Shown one piece after another: positions 15,215-26,142 of a stretch of 52,824 nt of DNA. How positions within the stretch are numbered: the stretch's first letter is position 1; every line of letters begins with the position of its first letter. Below the pieces are notes generated by a model, which saw only the letters and a list, made by a program, of their open reading frames with translations, was not told the DNA's origin and searched no databases. This DNA is from Macrostomum lignano (lineage: Eukaryota): the NCBI GenBank assembly GCA_002269645.1, contig NIVC01003462.1:1-52824 (forward strand), in the 5' to 3' direction. Both the position numbers and the translations under genes were made by a program.

Positions 15215-15650
15215 CTGTCTGGTGGATGCTTGCTATCTAGGGGGATGCTTGCTCTCGAGGGGGGTATTTGCTTTTTGGAAGAGGGGGGTACTGGCTACAT
15301 GTATGGGATTCTTTCTATCCAAGGATGCTTGCTATTTAGGGATTCTTGCTATCTGCAAGATGCTTGCTATCTGGGTGGATGCTTCAACAATATCTGGGGG
15401 ATACTTGCTATCTGGGTGGATGCTTGCTATCTAGGTAGATGCTTGCTATCTAGGTAGATGCTTGCTATCTGGGTGGATGCTTAAATAATATCTGGGGGAT
15501 GCTTGCTATCTGTAGGATGCTTGCTATCTGCAGGATGCTTGCTATCTGTAGATGCTTGCAATCTGGGTGGATGCTTGCTATGAGTATTAGGGAATGCTTG
15601 CTATCTGCAGGTGCTTGCTATCTAGAGGGATGCTTGCTATCTTGGGAATA
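15215..15650. repeat. Degenerate ~19-20-bp minisatellite (core GATGCTTGCTATCT)
   Basis: Repeated GATGCTTGCTATCT(A/G)G core with variable spacers. Confidence 0.85.
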
Positions 15651-18649
15651 TTTTCTATTTAGAGGGATTGCCTATTTTGTTGTCTGTTTTTTAATTTTGG
15701 AAAAAATAAATTCATTACAAATATCATTGTCTATGACAATTTTACATGAATAAGGTGATTTTTAAAAGTGAAGAAGGAATTGGTTTTTAAGAAAATATGC
15801 TGTTTTAATTGTTTTCCATGAACTATTTTTGCTCTTTGCTTATTGGGCACCCCAAAGGAGGCTGCACTAGATTGCTAGTTACTACTACTATAGTTTATTA
15901 GCCTAACTTGTAGTTTAGTATAAGTTAGTACCACTAGAGTATAGAGCCTAGACAAACTCAGGTTTTGGTCAAGTCAAGTACTTGACCAAACTTTGGGGTT
16001 TGAGCTGAGTATTCAAGTTGAGTTTTGTCAAGTAGTCAAGTAGAATGAAAATTTGGTAATTAGTGAATTTCAAACCTCAACCTTGCTTTTTGATTAGTGT
16101 TATTTTTTGCATTAAACTTTATATTTTTTATTTTGTTAATATTTCCAATAACTAGAGATTCTTAAACAACACTTTTTAGCACAAAATCTTGCTTTTCAAT
16201 TACTTTTTTTTTAGTAAGTTAATTGATTCATTTAAGTGGACATATTCTAAGAAATCAGAATAACCTCAAACTAAATAAACAAATCAATTTAGCATACTTA
16301 TCTCATTTAGTCCTTTCAAAATTGCTTCTAAACAATTTTTATAGTATACTTAAAATTGTAAACACTTTATTAATCCTACTCAACTTTTCCCAATTCCCGA
16401 CATTTATTCCCAATATGGTCAGGAATCTGAAAAAATACCTAGGTCCCAACCAAGTTAGGATTAGGACTGGGATTCTAGTCAGGCTCTAATAGATAATAGT
16501 ACAAAACAAAAGGCTCAAATGTACTTTCATATAATTGATATATATGTAGCAATATGCAAAAGTAAACTACTAACTATGGTTTTGCTTGTGCCATTGTATG
16601 TAATTATACTATAAGGTATATAAATATAAATATAAAAATATTAAAAAAATATAAATAAGGTATATAAGGTACATATAAAAGGTTAAAGGTTGGTAATGGC
16701 CTATTAGGTGAGCCATAGTCAGGATCATTGCATGCCCAGAATAAATCTTATTAAAATAGTTTAATTGCACTGTGTGCAACTTTTTTTGTAAAAAATACAA
16801 AACACAAAAATCAACATTTTTAGTTTAAAAAATACTAGTTAAACTTGTATTTTAATCTGCTTTATAGAATATAATGTTAATATATTTTAATTGAAAAAGC
16901 CATTAATATACTAACAAACAAAAAAACTTTTAAGATTGAGATTGAGATCTTAGTTCGACTCTACATAAGGTATTGGCCTAAGATAAGAAGACTTGTATGC
17001 TAGAATTTTCTAGGTAAAAGGATATATTGAAAATGGATCTTGAGTTTAAAAAAATTTCAAAAATATGATATCATCTTTTTTGTCTGCCTTTTTAAAATTA
17101 AGACTCTTTTTTACTTAGGCAAACAAGATTTATCAATGTAAGCACTAGAATTGTGCAGTTGTGTGCCTATATTGCTTAAAGTGCACCAAGGACACAACCC
17201 CCTGCCTCCAATCTAATAAAAAAGGGCAGCAAAAGCTTGTGGCACTAGGGGCATATACCCCCCCCCAGAAAATGAGTTTACATGGTAATTTTTGATGCTT
17301 TTTCTGATTTTAGGCCCTAATTAGCAGCTTATAAAGGTACCTATGGCTATGCCCCCCTTGCCTTGTGCCTGGTGCCCCCCTAAAATATTAGGCTCCGCTG
17401 CCCCTGCCTATAGCTATAGGCTACATCATTTTTTTCAAAAGGCAAAGCAAAATTGTCCAAAAATAGGATAGCCTCAGTGTCTCACCAATTGGCAATTGCT
17501 TGGCCTTGTTTCTTTTTTGACTTGGAATAGGGCCTAAAGGCTAAAGCATTTTGAATATTAATAAGTTTATTGTAACTTAGTCTTAAACTTTAATTTAGCA
17601 TAAAATTAACATAGAATCCTAATTGTGTAAATGAAAAGCTTTATGAATACTCGTATCAATAGAATTATACTATAAGAAACGCAAAACATATAAAAATGAC
17701 AAGATCAAAAGCAATAGCAATTTTGTAAAAAATATACGAAGACCTCCTATCTCTGTAATGTATTTTTTTGTAAAACCGGCCTCCTAAAATATTCAAATAA
17801 ACGTAGTTTCCTGTCCTACTCGAGTAGTCATTTACAAGGTCTTGACTTAAAATGAGGAGCAAGGCAGCAAGCCTGCAGGCCTGTACTGTAGGCCTACTGG
17901 TCTCTGTAAATACAAACTGCAAATTTAAAAAGATTCAAAATACAACTCCTTGGGCCTTTTCATATTACCAATTCCAGAACCAGAATCGGTTCGGAATTCC
18001 AAGAAAAACAGCAGTATAACTATTAAACTCTGTTAATATTTGACTGCCTTAACAACCTAACTTGGCACAATTTTCACTTTCTTCTTGGCGATTTTCATTC
18101 AATAATAAAAACTTATAGCACGTATCTCCCTCTAGTTATGGAGACAAAAAGTTATACTTCACAAATTGGTTCTGGTTCTGGAACCAGAACAAGCAATATG
18201 AGTAGTAAGAGAATTTGGCTCAGGCAATTAGCCTGTTTGGCCAATATATTATAGAGCTATGTATTTGGAATTTTCGAATATAGAAGTTTATAAAGACGAT
18301 TTGACGACGATTTGCTGAGTTATTGTAAAAGATAAAGTATTTGAAAGCGCGCCAGAATTTTTACGGTATTTTTAGACGAAAAGTGACGACTAACAACTAA
18401 CAACGAGTATAAATATTAATACAAAAATGAGTACAAATTACGAGGTATAGCTTTAATTGCGAGATTACTTTGGTAAGCAAGTTTGTAAAAAAAAAAGATG
18501 TAGTATTTTTGAAAGCGCGTGATATTTCAAAGCGTGAAAAACGAACATAAACAATACTTCGAAAGAATTTTACGTTTAACGAATAACGACGATTTAAATA
18601 TAGGAAATTAAAAAAGACAGTAAATGAATAAACAACTGAAAAGCGGATT

Positions 18650-20890
18650 TGTTACACTGCTGATGTATCTGATTCAGTTTGTTTAACTGTTTTAGCTATT
18701 CATGACTTCATATATTTTAGCTACACCAGTGAGCTCTTTTCTGACTCTTTTTTCATTTGTAGCATATCCTATCTTGTGTATTTGATTGCTATTTAAGAGG
18801 TATTGACAGAAGTATTTTTTCCTGATCTCTTCAGTTTGTGGACATTCGGTCAAGTAGTGTAGAATGTCAGAACCATTTCGCGCTCCACACATTTTACATG
18901 GTTCTTGAGAAAAAAAGTTGGGTGTAATCTCGCATTTCAGTTTTAGGAGGGTTGTTAAGAATTTTTTGTTTCTAAATGTACATGGAAAGAAATCTGAAAG
19001 GTCGGGCCTGCAGATTTTTTTGTAGAGATAGGCGTTTTTGTAGAGTTTAATATGTTGCTGATTCTCTAGCTTTTGGCTAAGTTCTCTTTCTCTGTGTATC
19101 TTGAGGTGCTTTTTCACTAGGTATTTCTCGTTATTAAAGCTTTGGGAAAGTTTATCTTCAGTTAGTGCTTTTAGGTCTATACTTTCTAGTTTCTTTAGTA
19201 CATTCATTTTCCATGGATTTTTTTGGCCGGTGTTTGAGTAGAAAATTTCTAGAGTCGTTTGGCAGAGTTTTTTGTGTCTAATCTTCAGCCAGTAGATGAG
19301 GTAGGTTTTAGCGATTCGTTGAGAGATTGGAGTAAGCTCAAGTTCTGATGATACCACACTGTTGCTAGCAAATTTTGGTAGATTGAGGAGATATTTGTAG
19401 AATTTCAGCTGAATATTATCAATAGCTTTTGTATCAGACATGGTAGCCAGAGGGCCCCAGAGCTCACAACCGTAAGTGATAACGGGGGTAACAAGCGCGT
19501 CAAATAGTCTGCGAATGAGTGTGATGTCTAGGGACGTATTCTTTACCCTATGGAGTAGGGAAAACATGGCTGTATATCCCTGCTTAGTTTGGTGTTCAAT
19601 ACATTTTTTAAAGCTGTTTTTTGGTTCAAAAATAATTCCCAGGTATTTAAATTCATTTACTTCCTCTATTTCTTGGTTGTCGTAGTATATTTTTGTAGCA
19701 ATGCTTTCTGTGTCGTTTTTTTTGTCTGGTATTGCCCTGCATGAACTTTGTTTTGCTTGCGTTTACTTTCAAGTAATTTTGTTTGCAGTAATTTTCCATA
19801 GTCGTAAATGTGTCTTGAAGTTCGTCTTTGTTTTTAGCTAGAATGGCTTGATCGTCTGCAAAGAGTAGGATGAGTGGGAAAGCAGATCTCGTAAGAGAGC
19901 GCCTAGCGCTAGAGAGTTCCAGATATTCAACAATGTCGTCAATATATAGTTCAAAAAGAATGGTAGAGAGAGGGTTGCCTTGAAGAACACCTTTAGATAT
20001 TGGGATTGGCTGGGTTTCATCATCATCATCATCTTTTTTTAGAATGAAGCAGGCATTTTTATGCATGTTCTTGATAAGTTCCGTCATTTGACCTTTAATA
20101 CCCTGGTTATCCGTTTTGTGCCAAAGGGTTGGTTGATTTAAGCTATCGAAGGCTTTTTCATAGTCAACAAATCCAATAAAGAGTTCTTCTTTGTTGTAGA
20201 TGGATTGGTTTATAATGTTGTAAAGATTAAAACATTGGTCGATTGTGCTGTGATTGGGCTTGAAACCGTATTGGTATTTTGATATAAGATTGTTTGCGTA
20301 TGCTAGGTTTTCGAGTCTGGATTTAATAATTTGGCAAAAGAGCTTGCCAAGAATTGGTTGAATGCAGATTCCTCTGTAATTGTTGGGGTCGGCACTGCTG
20401 CCTTTGTTTTTATAAATCGGATGAAGTGTATTTGTTATCCAACTAGTTGGGAAGGTTCCTTGTTTGAGTGCTTCGTTGAAAAGTGAGCATAGGAGGTCAG
20501 CAAGTTCGTTCTCGAGGTATTTGAGTGTTTCTACATATACTTTATCGTGCCCAGGTGCTTTGTCGGTTTTGAGCTTTTTAATATGTTTTATAACTTCTTC
20601 TTTGGTGAATGGGGCATTGAAATCCTCTAAATCAGCCAGAATAGGGTTGTCAAGGTGAAGATTGTATGATAGTCTAATGCTGCTGTCTTGTTCAGTTACA
20701 AGATTTTGAAAGTGTATGATAAATTTTTCATCAATTGTTACTCTGTTGTTTGAGGGATTTGGTGTTTTTAATAAGTTCCAAAGTTGTTTTGTATCGTTTT
20801 GAATAAAGGCTTGGTTGATCATGTTGTCTGCACAGAGAGTTGTTTCAAATTTCCATGAAGTGAGCTTTTTTTCGTATGCTTTTTTGAGTT
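18650..20890 (-). mobile_element. 5'-truncated non-LTR retrotransposon (LINE ORF2: RT plus C-terminal Cys/His motif; no endonuclease retained)
   Basis: KAPGHD, NYRGICIQPILGKLF, QYGFKPNHSTIDQ, FVDYEKAFDSL, GVLQGNPLSTILF, LLFADD. One frameshift in the A8 run (19716-19723) restores EEVNEFKYLGI...LFDALVTPVITYGCELWG and CKMCGARNGSDILHYLTECP. Ends are approximate; clade not assigned. Confidence 0.93.
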
Positions 20891-21597
20891 GGCCCCTATG
20901 AAAAGGCCCCTTGTCAAAGTTAAAGCCAATAAAATATAAACAAAATTACTATACACATCATATTATTTTTAGGGAAAATTCTAAAAAACTTACTTCATGA
21001 ATTTTTTTCATTATTAGTTAATGCTCGTCTTTACTTAGCTAAAGTTATTGCATTTACACGCGGTCTAGAGTTTTTATTCCAATACATCAATTCATCCACT
21101 CACCAAGGGACGAAGCCAAAAATCATAAGAGTACTGATTTATGAAGCAACGATAAATTTTTACTACCCTGAAAGGAACAAAGTTCATTTGTGATTGTGAC
21201 TTAACTTTCGGTCTACATGTACATGTATATGGGAGCATGGCTTGGATAATACATGTATTATATAACATGTACATGTAGTTTTCTGCTAAAACAATAATAC
21301 AATAATTTTCACTATGCCTAGTAAAGATCCATATAATAGCGCTTAATAAAGTATACATGCATGCAGCTGTTGCTTTGAAACAGTACATGTATATTTAAAT
21401 GTAACATTGCTCTTCGTTCGATCAAAAAAACATAAGCCAATAAATACCTGCATAGTACATGCAATAGTAGCTGCAATTAGTTACACACATGTAGTAAAAT
21501 TATTGCAAGCACATATACTGCATTCTATTGTGAAAAATCCACATGCGATACATTGTACGTTTAAAATTAAAGCACAGGATACGCAAGGGCGCACAAT

Positions 21598-24500
21598 ATG
21601 AGCAAGCGCAGCAGCGAGAAGTACAAACCAGTTCAAAATGATGCACTCGAATCTCAAAACGATTTAGTCGTGACTTTGACTAGTTTCATTTTTTACTCTA
21701 TCGCATAGAATTTATCCCTGCTTCTGTTGAACTCTACCAGCAGTTCGCTCGAGCTGACGAACCAGTTTGGCCAGGCCGGTCTTGCCCGAAGCTTTGCGGC
21801 GTGACGAGTCTGCGAAATAATTGATATTAATCATGGGGCTAACTGAGTACTACAGTAAATCCGAGCGAGATCAAAATTTTAACGGCTTTCCATTGGTTTT
21901 GTTGGAAAATTTGCTGTACAATTAAATAAATTAATTTGGCCGTTAGAGCGCGGAAAATTGCATTGCTTGGAGCTATAATAGTGATCACGCCTATGAGGAA
22001 ATTGAACCAATCAAATGATGAGCCAATAATCAAAGTACGGCCGGAAGGCGAAAAAGGCTCCACATTATCCCCATAATACATGTGTGTACATGTAAATGTG
22101 CTGATGTGCGTCATACGTAATCCGTAGGTGTCGGAACCGTGGGGGCATGGGGGCATGGGAGGGGGGGGGGGCTGAAGCCCCCACATTTGATCGATTTTTG
22201 AAACGGTGCACTCGGTATCTTGCAAGCAGGGACCGCGGATGGGAAGGGTAGCTGAGCTGCCCACTCTGGCACTGAGATGAAAGTTTTGAGTCTGCTAAGT
22301 CTCAATGCTTAACTCCAATGGAGACCCATCTGCGGGAGGTCGAAGTGGTCAAAGACCACAAGCTGTAAATAATAAACATCCTGTTGACAACACCAAAGTA
22401 GCAATAATTAAAATCTCTCATACGCTCGCAAAGCGCTCCAAAATATTGTCTGCGTCGCGATAAAAAGGCGCTAAAATATTGCGGTCAGTAATAGGAATTA
22501 AAGAACTCTTGCCCAAACTGGCCCGCTGCATGCTTGCAAGTGACTTTTAGGTTTACTAAGTGCACCCTTTCAATTGAGAGGCCCCCCTTCCGACACGTCT
22601 GTGTGCATCCATGTGGTGTGCTGTGCGCCGGCTGTTGGTCGACTGTCGCCTTGAGTTGCGGCAGTCCTGACTCCCAAATTTTGCGCCATGGCGCTGACGG
22701 ACAGGCGATGGCACTTCCACAATGTCAACAGTTCGTTTACTTTGGCAGTCTGATTCCCAACGTCCTGCGGCGAGCTGCGGCGGTACCGTGGGTTTTTCTG
22801 GGCCACCTTTGGTTCTGTAAGGGGCTGGTGGTCGAGGTATCCTGTGTTACAACACCGAAACCTGGACGCTGGCAGATTCAATAGAACAGCAAGTTGACGC
22901 GGTGCACATACGCTTTCAAGATCGGTGACGAGTGAATCACCAACGCGGCACTGTATTGCCACACCGGCCTGGCCCGTTTAAGCGACTTGTTACATGACCC
23001 GTTGGGGACTCCAGCTGGCAGGACACAGCATCATAATCTTCTTCCTCCTCATATTCAAGGCGCGGCTGATAGGGCCAGGGGCAAAATGCGCCCCAGACTG
23101 CGGAGCAGCCTGATAAGCACGGCCATACACTCCATCAAGGTCTTGGTGAAGGTCGTCTGACGCGACAAAGACAAGGTGATCGAGGGGTTTCCTCCAATGC
23201 CTCAGTCTGGGCAGAGGGGGGGGGGCGTCGATCCCCAGCCGCGGGACTGAGTGCTGGGCCCCGCGCTGAGCTGGTTAAAGAGCACCTGGTAACGTCTACG
23301 TCTTGGTAGGTTGTTCGGCGGCGGCCAAGTTGGGCCCGTGGTGGAGGCGTCCAAGGCGTATCTGCAGCGGCGGGCCAAGGCCTTGACTACTTCCAGTTAG
23401 ACCGGTCTGGCTCTGGTTATTTGCAGCGGCCTTGGCCGCCACTCGGTTTCTCTGCCTCAATACCAGCAAGGCCGCAGTCGGCGGGACCCAGCAGAAATTT
23501 AAACTTTAGAGCCGGAACTTGGAGATTAAGAATGAGGTCGTCCTAGCACTCGGCAGCGACAGCGACAGCTTGTAGGAGCCGGTCTGCACTCGTGTTGTTG
23601 TTGTTGTTATTGTTGTTGTTGTTGTTGTTGTTATTGCTGTTGTTGACCCCATGTGAGCAAAGACACAAACTAAGGGAAACAAACCTCGCCCATGTGCTTG
23701 AACTCTTCTAGATGGCGTAAGTACAGCAGCAGACGAGCCTCCGCAAGCAGTAGGTTGTTGTGAATGATTATCCGGTTTTGTGGTTGCCTCTCTGACTTGG
23801 CCAATCACAGCGGGCGTCTCCGCTGTAGCCTGGTCCATGGTGCACTCTCGCTTGAACTCCTCAGGGCCCGCTCCTGGTTCGGTAGCGTCAGGCCGGCACC
23901 AGCTCTGCTTCAGTCGCTTCAGCCTTTGGCTCAGGCTAGGGTTAGGGTTAGGGTTTGGCCGGCTTTGGCAACGGGTCCGAAGTCCGCTCGCCAGCTGAGT
24001 CTCTGTTTGACAATCCGTCTGCGGGATTATCTAGATTAGAGGGCTGTGAGTGCGATTCGAACTTAGCAAACCACTTGATCAACCTAATTAATCAATAAAA
24101 CTATCCGAGTTGAGCATTGAGATTTGTTCAAGTTGAGCAATGGGCTTTGTCTGAGTTGAACAATGGGATTTGTCTGAGTTGAGCAATGGGATTTGTCTGA
24201 GTTGAGCAATGGGATTTGTCCGAGTTGAGCAATGGGATTTGTCCAAGTTGAGAAATGGGATCTGTCCAAGTTGAGCAATGGGATTTGTCCGAGTTGAGCA
24301 ATGGGATTTGTCCGAGTTGAGCAATGGGATTTGTCCGAGTTGAGAAATGGGATTTGTCCGAGTTGAGCAATGGGATTTGTCCGAGTTGAGCAATGGGATT
24401 TGTCCGAGTTGAGCAATGGGATTTGTCCGAGTTGAGCAATGGGATTTGTCCGAGTTGAGCAATGGGATTTGTCCGAGTTGAGCAATGGGATTTGTCCGAG

Positions 24501-25295
24501 TTGAGCAATGGGATTTGTCCGAGTTGAGCAATGGGATTTGTCCGAGTTGAGCAATGGGATTTGTCCGAGTTGAGCAATGGGATTTGTCCAAGTTGAGAAA
24601 TGGGATCTGTCCAAGTTGAGCAATGGGATTTGTCCGAGTTGAGAAATGGGATTTGTCTGAGTTGAGCAATGGGATTTGTCCGAGTTGAGCAATGGGATTT
24701 GTCCAAGTTGAGAAATGGGATTTGTCTGAGTTGAGCATTGGGATTTGTTCGAGTTGAGGAATGGGATCTGTTCGAGTTGAGCAATGGGATTTGTTTGAGT
24801 TGAGCAATGGGATTTGTCCGAGTTGAGCAATGGGATCTGTCCGAGTTGAGCAATGGGATCTGTCCGAGTTGAGCAATGGGATTTGTTTGAGTTGAGCAAT
24901 GGGATTTGTCCGAGTTGAGCAATGGGATCTGTCCGAGTTGAGCAATGGGAGTTGTCCGAGTTGAGCAATGGGCTTTGTCCGAGTTGAGCAATGGGATCTG
25001 TCCGAGTTGAGCAATGGGATCTGTCCGAGTTGAGCAATGGGAGTTGTCCGAGTTGAGCAATGGGATTTGTTCGAGTTGAGCAGAGAGATCTGAGATCAGC
25101 CGAATTAACTGGCTGCTGCATAGGCACTGTGAGACTGCAAAGAAATTTCAGAAAGCAGCAGCAGTCTTACCCCCGGAATCATCCGCATCGACTTGACTGC
25201 AGACATTGTGCAGCACTGGCCACAGAATCAGGGACCCGCTGTCACTGGCGCCATCTGGCTGGCAACTGGCGCTGACAGAAAGGTCAAACTGCAGG
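21598..25295 (+). CDS. Possible multi-exon gene of unknown function (fragmentary model)
   Basis: Coding-like islands, several with splice-like ends: MSKRSSEKYKPVQNDALESQNDL (21598), EFIPASVELYQQFARADEPVWPGRSCPKLCG (~21710-21800), QCLTPMETHLREVEVVKDHKL|GTAAAT (~22295-22365) in phase with CAG|LISTAIHSIKVLVKVV (~23109), and GIIRIDLTADIVQHWP...VKLQG|GTAAG (~25175-25295). I could not build a stop-free model or recognise a family. Confidence 0.3.
22640..23035 (+). mobile_element. RTE-clade LINE 3' fragment, degenerate
   Basis: Across frames: LPQCQQFVYFGSLIP, ILCYNTETWTLADSIEQQVDAVH, TNAALY..TGLARLSDLL and QLAGH, typical post-RT RTE motifs (F.YLG, LLY.AETW.L, L.LAGH). Confidence 0.7.
23593..23644. 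repeat. (TGT)n microsatellite
   Basis: Direct reading. Confidence 0.95.
24105..25082. repeat. 23-bp minisatellite (GAGTTGAGCAATGGGATTTGTCC), ~42 copies
   Basis: Direct tandem units; 23-aa (3 x 23 nt) periodic ORFs in all three minus frames. Confidence 0.97.
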
Positions 25296-26142
25296 GTAAG
25301 CGGGAAGCTGCTCAATCGAGTGGGATCATTGTCGCTGTGATTGCAGTCACAGCAGTCGTCACAGTGACAGCTGCCATTGTGAACGAGCCACTGCTCACCA
25401 GACATTGCGCTGTGATTAAGTGTGATCGATAGAAGCAATTCTTTATATAAGCACAAAGGAAAAAGGATGCAAAAGCAGAATTTGTGGTAACTATATAGAG
25501 GAACTTTAGTTTTGGACATAGACTACCAATGCAATGTTGGAACTTCAAATTCCAAAATTTTGCTAGGGATCTTTATAGGGGATTTGTTAATATCACAGGT
25601 GCCCTCAAACAAAGCCTAATCAGCTCGAACTTACATGCAGGCCATAGGGATTACAGATGTAGGGCGACGCGGATCGCCCTACGGGAAGGCGATTTTTCAG
25701 CCTTCAGAAGTCCAGATTTGGCCCAGAGATGCCCAAACTTGTTGGGGAGGGCAATTGTGACAAAAGATTAATTTGCCGACATAAAATTGTGGTGCGATTG
25801 CTTAATTTTATAGATGTCCGTGGGTTCATTGGTTTACCGCATTTTAGTAGACAAGGTGGGGGCCACCGGTGCAACTGGACAGCAAATTGCCATGTCCTAC
25901 CAAAACTTTCGCTGGTCTGGTAGGACTTGCAAATCAGCATGCTCGTTCAGACTACTTACTTTAAAGTAGCTTGAACGAGTATTAATATCTGAATGTACTG
26001 GGAATAGCACCGTCACGACCCGCGGAGAGGAAGAGCAAGGAATGGGGCGCGTTCGTTAGCGACAAAAACAACAACCTGCAGCGTCAGCAGCAGCGAGCAA
26101 GACTAGAATCATCAAGGATGTTGGAATTATCGAAGAAATGGG

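Noticed and set aside
17973-18183. ~14-bp inverted repeat (TTCCAGAACCAGAA / TTCTGGTTCTGGAA) around ~200 bp
   Set aside because: Short and low-complexity with no TSD; not enough to call a MITE.
23937-23957. TAGGGTTAGGGTTAGGGTTT telomere-like tract
   Set aside because: Only about three units, with no head-to-head fusion signature or subtelomeric context.
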